64,000 nucleotides of DNA from the IMG/VR virus record IMGVR_UViG_3300025809_001850, one strand, 5' to 3'. Below the pieces are notes generated by a model that worked only from the letters and a program-made list of their open reading frames with translations, searched no databases and had not been told where the DNA came from. This document shows positions 49,453 through 58,804 of the stretch, piece after piece; position 1 is the stretch's first letter; each line of letters begins with the position of its first letter. The position numbers were made by a program, and so were the translations under genes. The DNA comes from a virus. Taxonomy: Duplodnaviria > Caudoviricetes.

Positions 49453-50268
49453 TTACTTGAATTTTCTTTTAATTCTATCGATTGCGTTTTTGTCGGAAAC
49501 ATTAGTTGAGTTTCCAAGTGAAGAGCCGAATATGTTTAATATCTCATTCTTACTTAATTTTTTATCATCGTCAACAGAACGTATTTTTTCTTTAGCATCG
49601 TGTACACCCTTAATGATGTTGCTTGTCATCTGACTACTTGTTATTCCGAACCATGTAATTAGTGCAGGTATTTTTCCCACCAACCAACCAAATAGTTGAG
49701 TGATCACAGGAAGAAGAGCAGGTCCTGCTATAACACAAACTGCGATTGCACCAAGTAAACCGAATGTTCCTGTTAACCATGCCCACAAAGAAGAAAAGAA
49801 TCCATCTTTGTTTTCTTGTGCTTTTAATTCTCCTAAACTAATTAGTTTTTCCTCGGTATCTTTTAAGTCGTGTCCAAGAATTTCTTTTCGTCTGCTTAAG
49901 TCTATAACATCACTATCTCTGTCTGCGAGATTTTCTATTGCCAGTTCGTTGTTGTTTATTACATCTTCCACATAAATTTTATCACCTGGTTGTGGAAGAC
50001 CCACAATTTCTTGTGCCTTTTGTGCGAAACCGAGTGCTACCAGGTCTTCTTTAGATTTGTCTTCTGATAAAGATAGGGCATCTACTGCCCCCGATACAAA
50101 TGCACGTGTGTGCCTACTCAACTCTCCTTCTTTGCGAGTTATTTCTCCTGCAATTTCTTGTCGGTCTTTTTTTAAACCCCAAGTGGGCAAACTTATGCAT
50201 CCTGATGTGAATATCAGTATCATTGCGACCAAACTTGGTATAAGTATTCCACGAATCCTCATACTCAT
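49453..50268 (-). CDS. lipoprotein with C-terminal hydrophobic segments
   Basis: Signal peptide with lipobox TSGC (Cys24), coiled coil and TM region. Confidence 0.7.
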   Translation of the reverse strand: MSMRIRGILIPSLVAMILIFTSGCISLPTWGLKKDRQEIAGEITRKEGELSRHTRAFVSGAVDALSLSEDKSKEDLVALGFAQKAQEIVGLPQPGDKIYVEDVINNNELAIENLADRDSDVIDLSRRKEILGHDLKDTEEKLISLGELKAQENKDGFFSSLWAWLTGTFGLLGAIAVCVIAGPALLPVITQLFGWLVGKIPALITWFGITSSQMTSNIIKGVHDAKEKIRSVDDDKKLSKNEILNIFGSSLGNSTNVSDKNAIDRIKRKFK

Positions 50269-50281
50269 ATATATGCAGTTT

Positions 50282-51139
50282 TTATAGTTTTTTAGAAAAT
50301 TTGTTTACTTCGGTATGAAAATACTTATTTGATTCGTCTCTAAAGTTTGGTATATCTGATCGCAACATTGGATTGTTTTTTACAGGTGACGGTGACTCAC
50401 ATACTATCATGTTTTTTAAAACATATTGTTGAACATCGTAGTTTTTTGCTTTCATTATTTTACAACACTGCATTGCGAATGTATCATCTGGTCCGTAACC
50501 CTTAAATGTAGTTGGTATTCTTATTTTCTTAAGTAAACTTGCATTGATGCAATTAAACCACCCACCTCCCCACTTGAATGTGTTAATAGGAACTAGTTGT
50601 ACACGGCCGAAGTTGTGATTTTCAATCAAGTCACAATTTACACTTTTGTAGAAATTGTGTGACTTATCCTTGAATACTTCGTGTACGATACAATCCCAGG
50701 TAGTATCCCACAACCTAACAACATTGGGTGTTATTATATAATGATCGTGTTTGTTTGATAAAACAACATCTGCGCTTTCATGGTGTGCTAAAATTTTTGA
50801 ATTAAAGTGCATATCCGAATCTAGGAATATTATGGAATCTGATGTTGTGCTGTAATTTATCGTGAGATTTCTATGTTCATTTACTCCTAAAAAGTTTTTG
50901 TCTGATGTTATTGTTTCATCATACCCAAACTTACTTTCTTCATTTATTTTTCTAAACGAATTTATTATGTTTGGTGTGTGGTTTTCCAACTTGGTTAGTG
51001 ATTCGTTGATATTTAATGTCGTGAGTATTTTAAATTGAGATGAATCTTTTACATGAGCAGCTGCCATGTTCAACGAATGCATGAGTCTTTTATACTCGGT
51101 TAATTCTTGTGGGAATATGTGAATTGATAGTATGATCAC
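50282..51139 (-). CDS. GT-A fold glycosyltransferase
   Basis: FLDSD and GGGWF..GYGPDD; GTG start at 51139 overlapping upstream TGA. Confidence 0.8.
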   Translation of the reverse strand: MIILSIHIFPQELTEYKRLMHSLNMAAAHVKDSSQFKILTTLNINESLTKLENHTPNIINSFRKINEESKFGYDETITSDKNFLGVNEHRNLTINYSTTSDSIIFLDSDMHFNSKILAHHESADVVLSNKHDHYIITPNVVRLWDTTWDCIVHEVFKDKSHNFYKSVNCDLIENHNFGRVQLVPINTFKWGGGWFNCINASLLKKIRIPTTFKGYGPDDTFAMQCCKIMKAKNYDVQQYVLKNMIVCESPSPVKNNPMLRSDIPNFRDESNKYFHTEVNKFSKKL

Positions 51140-52830
51140 GACAATAACAGACTCCAACAAAAACTCATGTACACCGACTCTTCACATTTTCCTTCATTTT
51201 TGGTGACTGATGTACGAAGGGACTTATATACAGTAAGTGGGTGTTTCCGTATATATGACTTGCTTACATAAAAACTGTGCTTGGGATCATATTGCATTGG
51301 ATTGGGACTTGGTGGTTCGTGTAGTGTATATCCATCACGATGACGTTTCAATGTTAATGTATGATTTCCTATATAGCGTTTTTGCCAGGATTCAAATGTA
51401 TAGTTAGAGAACCTAATTTCGTTTTTTCTGATTATGTGTTTGCTTGGATTTAATTGTATAATTTCACGTACAGATTCCAGTGGTGTATAAGGATATTCTT
51501 CAAAACTACCAGCTGTATTAAATATTATATCATTAACATAATAAGTCCAGTTGTTGTGAATATTCTCACTTACAAAGAAGCACATATCTGGTAAATTTTC
51601 ATAATTTTCAATTATATACTGCAAATAATATTGATTGTAATTGTGGTGCTTGGGTGTATTGGTGAAATCCAACAAAACCTTCTCACATTCAATTAATCCT
51701 AAGTTGAATTGTTTTTTGTGAAATTTGACTCCAACCACCACATGATCACCGTATTGCTTTCTGTGATCAACTATTGACTTTGGTTTTATGGTTTTTAGTT
51801 TATTGACAAAATCAAACGAGTTTGTGTTTATCGAAAATGATCTGTTGTGTTTTTTTATCAATCGTGAAATTTTTGTGCGAAGGTGATAACCATCTGTGCT
51901 ATTCGCTAGGTGATCATCCTCTTTTCTTTGAACAAAATAATCGTTTAATAGCACAAGTGCTTTTTTGTTTTTAACTTTATATAAACGAGTTGTTTGTTCT
52001 AGATCCTGATTTGGATTATATTTTGCTAACCTAAGAATGTGTTCTCTGTCTACATATTTTCTGTTCTCTGGTGTTCCGTGGTATGAAACTTCTAATTCTA
52101 TTTTTAATGATTTAATTTCGTTCACTTTTTTGGTTGTGTGTCTCCATTTAATGAAATCTTGTTTGAACTCTCGTAGATCAGAGAAAAATCTATCACTGTT
52201 TATGAAAGAATCAAAATTATCAATTTCAAGAAATCCTATAAAGTTTAGGTAATCTCCGGATCCTGCGATTGCCCTGTCGTATAGTGGTGCGTCCGATGAC
52301 AAAAATGAAACTGGATATACATAACCGTAACCAGGTTCACCCTTTCTGAAGTGTAGCATATCATGGAGTTCAGTTGACTGAGTTTCAATTGCATATGACA
52401 AAGAATCACATTTGTAAAAATCACCAAAGTGGTTTTTGTGTTTTTTGATGGTGGAGCAGATCTGTATAATTGAATTGGGTGACACTTCTTGTGTAAGTTT
52501 ATTATACCATCTTGGATTCGTTGGATTTATGTCACAATCTAACCACCCTATATATTCATATTTACTTTTGATTTTGTTTATCTGAAGATTTAGTAACTGC
52601 TCTTTTTTCCAGTAAGTCTGTTCGCAGTAAATAGATGTAATACGATGGCAGTTTTTATTTATTCTGTATTTTGATTCGTTGTTATACGACTCTATTACAT
52701 AAATCTCGTATAAGGTGTCGTTGTACATTTTATCATAAAACATCAAGAAGTTAATGTATTTTGATAAATAATTACACGGATTAAAATAACAACACACAAA
52801 TGCAATTTTTGGTTTACTTGACACTTCCAT
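51136..52830 (-). CDS. GT-A-like domain fused to DUF3431-like domain
   Basis: CCYFNP, WKKEQLLN and WLDCD; C-terminal YLQYIIENYENLPD. Confidence 0.65.
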   Translation of the reverse strand: MEVSSKPKIAFVCCYFNPCNYLSKYINFLMFYDKMYNDTLYEIYVIESYNNESKYRINKNCHRITSIYCEQTYWKKEQLLNLQINKIKSKYEYIGWLDCDINPTNPRWYNKLTQEVSPNSIIQICSTIKKHKNHFGDFYKCDSLSYAIETQSTELHDMLHFRKGEPGYGYVYPVSFLSSDAPLYDRAIAGSGDYLNFIGFLEIDNFDSFINSDRFFSDLREFKQDFIKWRHTTKKVNEIKSLKIELEVSYHGTPENRKYVDREHILRLAKYNPNQDLEQTTRLYKVKNKKALVLLNDYFVQRKEDDHLANSTDGYHLRTKISRLIKKHNRSFSINTNSFDFVNKLKTIKPKSIVDHRKQYGDHVVVGVKFHKKQFNLGLIECEKVLLDFTNTPKHHNYNQYYLQYIIENYENLPDMCFFVSENIHNNWTYYVNDIIFNTAGSFEEYPYTPLESVREIIQLNPSKHIIRKNEIRFSNYTFESWQKRYIGNHTLTLKRHRDGYTLHEPPSPNPMQYDPKHSFYVSKSYIRKHPLTVYKSLRTSVTKNEGKCEESVYMSFCWSLLLS

Positions 52831-53443
52831 CTGAATTATAATTACTATCGTAGATATTGTTATTTGTTTCTTGCTTGGATATTGATTTTGTGTGTATTAA
52901 ATCTAACGAGTGGTCTTTGGGTAAATTAGACGCAGATGTATGCCCTACAATGTATTCATGTACAGAACGAGTCCAACGAATTGATTTCTTGTTTTTAAAT
53001 ATCCGTGTTTGATAATCTGGATAGTTTATACGAGATTGTGAATCTAATACCCAATTCCACTTCTTTAAATGGGTTGTCTGTATGCCGGTTACGTAGTTTT
53101 CACGTGGTACTCGGAACATCTCGGTTTTTGGGTTTTTCCTTAAAATTGTTTTTATATTCTTGAATAAGGTTCGTGTTGGATATTCATCTGCGTCTATTTG
53201 AAATATATAATCACCCGAACACTTTGTTATTAGTATGTTCTTGTGAGTTGCATAATCTTTATTTAAATTATTGTAATGTACATTGGGTTGAGATTTTAAT
53301 ATATCAAGTGTTTCTTGATTCGTGGAGTAATCGTCAAGAATAACAACTTCATCTTCTGCGTCTTTGTTTATAGTAAGTTCATTGATTAATTTTAATAAAC
53401 AACTCACTTCGTTGTGAGTGCATATAGCATAACTAATTTTCAT
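52814..53443 (-). CDS. GT2 glycosyltransferase
   Basis: ICTHNE, FQIDADE and DYQTRIF..VHE. Confidence 0.9.
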   Translation of the reverse strand: MKISYAICTHNEVSCLLKLINELTINKDAEDEVVILDDYSTNQETLDILKSQPNVHYNNLNKDYATHKNILITKCSGDYIFQIDADEYPTRTLFKNIKTILRKNPKTEMFRVPRENYVTGIQTTHLKKWNWVLDSQSRINYPDYQTRIFKNKKSIRWTRSVHEYIVGHTSASNLPKDHSLDLIHTKSISKQETNNNIYDSNYNSDGSVK

Positions 53444-53446
53444 TTT

Positions 53447-54151
53447 CTATTTCTCGTCAACTGGTGGTTCACTAGAACTTGTCACATCGGTTTCTTTTAC
53501 AAACTTCTCAACTTCACGAAATACACTTAAAAATGTATCAACATCACCAAATCTGTCAATAACAATATTTTTAAATCTTCTGTCTGACAATCCATCTAAC
53601 TTTGTTCCAATCGCATTTTCGACAAGCTTCTTTTCTCTCGATAACTCTGATAGTTTATCGTCTTTTGATATTAAGGTTTTCTTTTGTTCTCGGTGACCGG
53701 TGTAAATTTTTGAGAAATCTATATATGCAAGCTTGAGGGTGCTCATGTTGCTTGTTATGTAGGTTCTATAACAATCACGAAACGAAAGTATCCGTTTGAC
53801 ATGGGTTGCATAAAACGAACGTGGACGATTTACTATTTCCTTCACTGGGGATATTAGTTCATATCTCCGTTTTAAAAGTGATAGTGTATCGGTGACTAAA
53901 ACTACTTTTAAAAATGATTTGAACTCACTCCAAGGCAGAATTTCTAAATTTATTCCATGAAGCTTCAACCCACGAGCATCTCTGAATGTATTTAATACAA
54001 ATACAATACGCATTAATTTTCGTTTTGTTTTCTTGGAGTCATCCGATGGTGCATATGAGAATGTTACGATTTGACCTGGTTTTATACTGCGTATTGGTGT
54101 ATTTTTGAAACCACCGACTAATCTAGATAAATATGCTTTGTAAAAACTCAT
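53447..54151 (-). CDS. gp2-like DNA end protector (tentative)
   Basis: PGQIVTFSY..VFVL..GINL..CYRTY; start moved to 54151. Confidence 0.5.
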   Translation of the reverse strand: MSFYKAYLSRLVGGFKNTPIRSIKPGQIVTFSYAPSDDSKKTKRKLMRIVFVLNTFRDARGLKLHGINLEILPWSEFKSFLKVVLVTDTLSLLKRRYELISPVKEIVNRPRSFYATHVKRILSFRDCYRTYITSNMSTLKLAYIDFSKIYTGHREQKKTLISKDDKLSELSREKKLVENAIGTKLDGLSDRRFKNIVIDRFGDVDTFLSVFREVEKFVKETDVTSSSEPPVDEK

Positions 54152-54171
54152 TGTATATAAATACAAACACA

Positions 54172-55413
54172 CTAGTTTATATCAGGTAAATCAATTGGAA
54201 CTTCTACCGAAACCTGCTCAAACTTTGGAATTAGAGTCTGTGTGTATTTCTTGAACGCAGATTCCTTGGAAAACTCAGTGAGATTAATTTCTTTTAATTT
54301 TACTGCACTCTCTTTGTATCCTTCATATGTTTCATATATAGTCCTAAGTTCTTTTGCTGAATCTGATTCTACCACATCCGCCCACGTTGAGTCTTCACAA
54401 AACAACTCGTTGGTTACCCCTACAAGTTTTGGAACATAATTTAATAAGGTAGAGTGTTCTTCTGATAGAAAGTCTAGATGCCCTGACCAATTAGGTGCTA
54501 CTACAGGTACGGCACACAAAGTTGCTTCTAACAGAGGTCTACCAAAACCCTCACCTCTGGTATGCGTTACAAAGACCTTTACCTTTGTGTGGTTATACAA
54601 CTGATTTAGTTCATTTGAGTCAATTTCACCGTGGAGCAAATAAACGGAAGGTCGGTTTGATTTTGGATAATCAGAAAGAATATCACGTATGCGTTCTTGT
54701 GTATCGTAATAATCAGATGTACTAAAATTAGTTCCGTTTGTTTTTAATATTAACCCAGGTTTGACATCATGTGAATTGAATGCATTTACAAATGTGTTGA
54801 TCAATGAACTTATATTCTTTCTACCCCCGTCATCCGTGGGTGATGCTGTCCATTGACCCATAAACAAATAGCAAAAATCTTCCTGAATTGAATTAAGTTG
54901 GTTTGTGATATCCGAGTTGCATATCTCTTTGGTGTTTTTGTAAAAACAATCGTTTGCATATTCGTGTACAACTTGTATATCAGTTGTTAGTTTAACTGAT
55001 TCGTATATTGAATTTTCAAATGTGAGTTTGGTGAATTCAGATGGCACTATAACGATATCCATTTGATTGCACCCCTGTATAAACGGAACATTTACCTTTG
55101 ATGTCTCGACTCCGGCCGTTATACCTACATTGTATGTACCAAGACGTTTAAATTCAGGTGGTAGTCCCATTTGAACATATATGTCGTAGAAATCATGTAC
55201 ATCATCTTTATCTACAAACATAGGTGATAATTGTTTATGCAATTCGGTGTTGTCTTTTAATCCTGTCTGTGGATTGTGACCCCAAGGTGTTGCTATCAAG
55301 TGTATGTCATATTCAGATGTATGTTCCAATAAAAATTGTGCAAACTCTCTTGCGTGGTCACCATATCCACTACGAGACAATATGGGTGATACATATAGTA
55401 ATTTCTTTTTCAT
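54172..55413 (-). CDS. GT4 (GT-B) glycosyltransferase
   Basis: SGYGDH, RKNI and RGEGFGRPLLEA. Confidence 0.92.
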   Translation of the reverse strand: MKKKLLYVSPILSRSGYGDHAREFAQFLLEHTSEYDIHLIATPWGHNPQTGLKDNTELHKQLSPMFVDKDDVHDFYDIYVQMGLPPEFKRLGTYNVGITAGVETSKVNVPFIQGCNQMDIVIVPSEFTKLTFENSIYESVKLTTDIQVVHEYANDCFYKNTKEICNSDITNQLNSIQEDFCYLFMGQWTASPTDDGGRKNISSLINTFVNAFNSHDVKPGLILKTNGTNFSTSDYYDTQERIRDILSDYPKSNRPSVYLLHGEIDSNELNQLYNHTKVKVFVTHTRGEGFGRPLLEATLCAVPVVAPNWSGHLDFLSEEHSTLLNYVPKLVGVTNELFCEDSTWADVVESDSAKELRTIYETYEGYKESAVKLKEINLTEFSKESAFKKYTQTLIPKFEQVSVEVPIDLPDIN

Positions 55414-55414
55414 G

Positions 55415-56674
55415 TTAGAGTTTCTTTATTTTTAACTTAGTACGTGGTTTGAATTTTTTAATACAGGTATCAATTATATCAACTATACCAGATGTCATGT
55501 GTTTCAATGAAAAGTTTTTTTCAATATACTTTCTACCGGACTTTCCCATTTCAAGACGTTGTTTTGGAGTTTTGTTGTATAACTTAATAATTGCCCGAGC
55601 TACATCATCTGAACACACAAAGTCTTCGTATAAATACGGAGTTGTTGCGTCACCTGATAATTTTCTTACTTTGGGGGTTATGCCAACGCCACCTGTATTT
55701 GTTTTGCTTAGTTGATCAGATAGACCTCCTGTTTTATTGCATATTATGGGTGTTCCCGCTGCAAGTGATTCAGCTGTTGATAAACCAAATCCCTCGTTGC
55801 TTGATGCGTTTATTGTTACATCAAATGTATTGTACATTCTGTTGAGGGTAATTTCATCTACCTTGGTGGTGGAAAATATTATATTTCTATTCGGATATAA
55901 TTGATCAGACAATTTAACAATGTCATGCCCACCTTCTCCAATTTGATTGGTGTGGAACATTAATAGTGTTTTTTCTGCTTGTTCAGGTGAAATCATACTG
56001 CAAAATTTATCGTATGCCTCCATTACAACAGGAAGCTGCTTACGTCTCATGTTGGCATTGTTGCAAAACAACGCAAACTCACATCCGTTTTTTAGCAAGT
56101 TGTATTTACTTTCACGAATGTTTGATTCACTTAACTTGTTAAATACGGTTGTATCAACTCCATGTGGAACATAACTACACAATGTGTCAGATCCCTCTGT
56201 TAACGAATTAACGATTGAATATGTCAACTGACTGATACACGCTATTCCGTCACAACTCATATAAACTTTTTTATTAAACTCCGGAATTGGATCGTTGTCC
56301 CATACATGGTAATATATCATGGGACACAATTGACGAATTTGAGTATCTAGTTTAAATAACCATTGATAATAACGTGGATCTGTCATAAACATCACTACAT
56401 CCGGAGTTTCTTCTTCAAGAATTTTATTTAAAATCGTCTCATTTCCATATCCCGAACTGCAATATAGTCGTGCATAGCAATCTTTAACGTCGGTTAGTTT
56501 AGTTATTGACTGAGATATGTCAATAACCGATCCGTGTTCAGGATGCTCTTTTCTGCACGCTATCTGTATCCAGTCGTATTTGTCAATGGTATTTAGAATA
56601 ATATTTTTACATATATTCGATACACCTGTCGGATATCTTATATCGTCACCAATTAGTAGTATTTTAGATTTCAC
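55415..56674 (-). CDS. GT4 (GT-B) glycosyltransferase
   Basis: PTGV, RRKQ and NEGFGLSTAESLAAG; GTG start. Confidence 0.92.
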   Translation of the reverse strand: MKSKILLIGDDIRYPTGVSNICKNIILNTIDKYDWIQIACRKEHPEHGSVIDISQSITKLTDVKDCYARLYCSSGYGNETILNKILEEETPDVVMFMTDPRYYQWLFKLDTQIRQLCPMIYYHVWDNDPIPEFNKKVYMSCDGIACISQLTYSIVNSLTEGSDTLCSYVPHGVDTTVFNKLSESNIRESKYNLLKNGCEFALFCNNANMRRKQLPVVMEAYDKFCSMISPEQAEKTLLMFHTNQIGEGGHDIVKLSDQLYPNRNIIFSTTKVDEITLNRMYNTFDVTINASSNEGFGLSTAESLAAGTPIICNKTGGLSDQLSKTNTGGVGITPKVRKLSGDATTPYLYEDFVCSDDVARAIIKLYNKTPKQRLEMGKSGRKYIEKNFSLKHMTSGIVDIIDTCIKKFKPRTKLKIKKL

Positions 56675-56709
56675 TCACTTAGTATCATACTATTGAGTGA
56701 AAATGTCAA
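56669..56709 (-). promoter_or_regulatory. sigma70-type leaderless promoter overlapped by a long palindrome
   Basis: TTGACA-N17-GATACT-N6-GTG; TTTCACTCA..AGTATCATACT..TGAGTGAAA. Confidence 0.65.
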
Positions 56710-56710
56710 A

Positions 56711-56908
56711 CTAATATTTTTTGTTGTCTGTGATCGGAGATGACTCGTCAATGGTTTTTTTAAACTTAGAGTCGGTCAAGTACAAATGAATTGCACGATT
56801 TACTAGTTTTTGCAGTGTCATTTCGGAATTTAATGTCTCCATTTTAAATTCCTTGTACTTGTCCGATAAGACCTTTACGGTGGTTAATTTGTAATTAGCA
56901 TCATTCAT
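56711..56908 (-). CDS. ribbon-helix-helix-like small DNA-binding protein
   Basis: Alternating LTTVKV strand followed by two helices (TLQKLVNRAIHLYL). Confidence 0.65.
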   Translation of the reverse strand: MNDANYKLTTVKVLSDKYKEFKMETLNSEMTLQKLVNRAIHLYLTDSKFKKTIDESSPITDNKKY

Positions 56909-56962
56909 GTGAATATAAATATATCGTAAATAAGTTTTAATTCTAAAATATTATAAAAACTA

Positions 56963-57595
56963 CTACCATCTTGGTGGATTTAGAGGACATTTACTACTTG
57001 CTAATAATAATTTTCCACTTCCACATCCACATTTTGTACACTTTGCATAGTTGGTTTGCTTATTTTCTGTCCAAAACGAACATGATCTACATATTGAGAT
57101 TCTTTTATTCCATTGATGTGATTCTACCACAGGTCTTCCACTTTTTTTCCACGATACAAGAGAGTGAGCTAAATTTTTTGGAAGATTTTCAAATCCCAAG
57201 TCTCTTGCTTCAACTTCATATTGCTCTTGTGTGGGTTGTTGTGGTTCGTGTGTAGGTGGATTTGGTGAAACTGGTATTGGATTATTTAAGTGAATGTTAG
57301 AATCTTCGGTTTGTGAATTGATGTATTCTGATAAATGTTGTTTGAATTCAGCTGGTATATCAAATGTAGGATTATCTAAATCACCACCCACAGACTGTTT
57401 AACTTCATGTTCATTACTTTTATGTAATTGTGGTTCGTTCCTCCTGGCAACGGATTCAAGTTGCAGTTGGTTGTCGGTGGCGTTAATTGATATTGAATCT
57501 TCTGATTTGGTTTCATCCACTTCTTTATATTTAGCTTCAGTAAACTCACCGACCTGTCGGCCGTTTCTTTTGTATCGTTGATATAGTTTTCCCAT
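56963..57595 (-). CDS. hypothetical protein with C-terminal Cys-rich domain
   Basis: RISICRSC...CTKCGC...KCP...RW. Confidence 0.75.
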   Translation of the reverse strand: MGKLYQRYKRNGRQVGEFTEAKYKEVDETKSEDSISINATDNQLQLESVARRNEPQLHKSNEHEVKQSVGGDLDNPTFDIPAEFKQHLSEYINSQTEDSNIHLNNPIPVSPNPPTHEPQQPTQEQYEVEARDLGFENLPKNLAHSLVSWKKSGRPVVESHQWNKRISICRSCSFWTENKQTNYAKCTKCGCGSGKLLLASSKCPLNPPRW

Positions 57596-57641
57596 TTTAT
57601 CTTTCTCGAAAATAATTTTACTCTAAATACTTATATAGTAC

Positions 57642-57944
57642 ATGGATTCAAATATTATTACAATTCCAAGCACAAACGATGAACTTGATGCAGACTTATC
57701 CAAAAATAAAGATGAATACATAGATTTCATATACGGAGAGTTTGAAAGATTTAAAACATTAAAGACAATTCCCGAACACGTCAAGATTTTTAATTTTAAA
57801 GAAACTGACCTACAAGTCATTATACGAGAAGCAAATTATATCTCTAATATTGACAACTTACTAAAACACTATATAACAAAGGAGGAATATGAAAAATGTA
57901 ATACGCTTAATAAATTAAAGAATAGAATAATGGATACTAATTAG
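57642..57944 (+). CDS. hypothetical protein
   Basis: 100 aa; ends with UVR-like EEYEKCNTL. Confidence 0.7.
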   Translation: MDSNIITIPSTNDELDADLSKNKDEYIDFIYGEFERFKTLKTIPEHVKIFNFKETDLQVIIREANYISNIDNLLKHYITKEEYEKCNTLNKLKNRIMDTN

Positions 57945-57992
57945 TAGTAGCAGGAAATAGCATTATAAATAATAATAGTAGAGGAAATTAGG

Positions 57993-58736
57993 ATGTCAAG
58001 CAAAAAACAAACAACCACCTCAGATGAAATAAGGTCGGATAGTCAATTACAAGACCAAATCAGAGAAAACGAGAAACCAAGAACATTAAAAATAAAACAC
58101 AAAAAGTTTACAGATAAACAAAAAAACTTTGTAGATATCGGTTTAGCAGATAATACAAACATGATGTTTATCAACGGACCAGCTGGTAGTGCAAAAACAT
58201 ACATCAGCATATATTGTGGATTAAAATTGTTATCGGAACAAAAAGTAGAAGAACTAGTCTACATAAGAAACGCAGTAGAAAGTTCAGATCATAAGTTGGG
58301 ATTTTTACCAGGAGCACAAGATGACAAGATGGCTCCGTATTTAGAACCACTTAAAGATAAACTTGAAGAATTTTTAAGTATCGTAGATATCAAATATTTA
58401 CAAGAAGACAACCGAATCTACGGAGTTCCAGTTGGATTTTTGCGAGGAGCAAGTTGGACAGATAAGTTTGTAATTGTAGATGAAGCTCAGAACATGACAG
58501 AAAAAGAACTAATCACAATCATGACACGAGTCGGTGAAAATACAAGAGTGTTTATATGTGGAGACACAATGCAAAGTGACATCGGCAACAAATCAGGGTT
58601 TGCTAATATTCAAAATCTATTCAATGATGAGTCCTCTAAAGAGCAGGGAATATTCACCTTTGAGTTTGACGAAGACGATATTATTAGGAGTAAACTTGTG
58701 AAATTCATAGTCAGACGAATAAAAAGTTTAAGATAG
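57993..58736 (+). CDS. phoH: PhoH-family ATPase
   Basis: GPAGSAKT, LGFLPG, RGASW, DEAQN and CGD..QSD. Confidence 0.96.
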   Translation: MSSKKQTTTSDEIRSDSQLQDQIRENEKPRTLKIKHKKFTDKQKNFVDIGLADNTNMMFINGPAGSAKTYISIYCGLKLLSEQKVEELVYIRNAVESSDHKLGFLPGAQDDKMAPYLEPLKDKLEEFLSIVDIKYLQEDNRIYGVPVGFLRGASWTDKFVIVDEAQNMTEKELITIMTRVGENTRVFICGDTMQSDIGNKSGFANIQNLFNDESSKEQGIFTFEFDEDDIIRSKLVKFIVRRIKSLR

Positions 58737-58804
58737 GCCATATTTATTGAAATATAAAAAATATACATATATTTATTTATAGACAGACGAATTTAGGTTA
58801 AACA

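Noticed and set aside
57993-58736. PhoH Walker A variant GPAGSAKT as inactivation
   Set aside because: Lys/Thr and all other motifs are intact; not enough evidence for loss of function.
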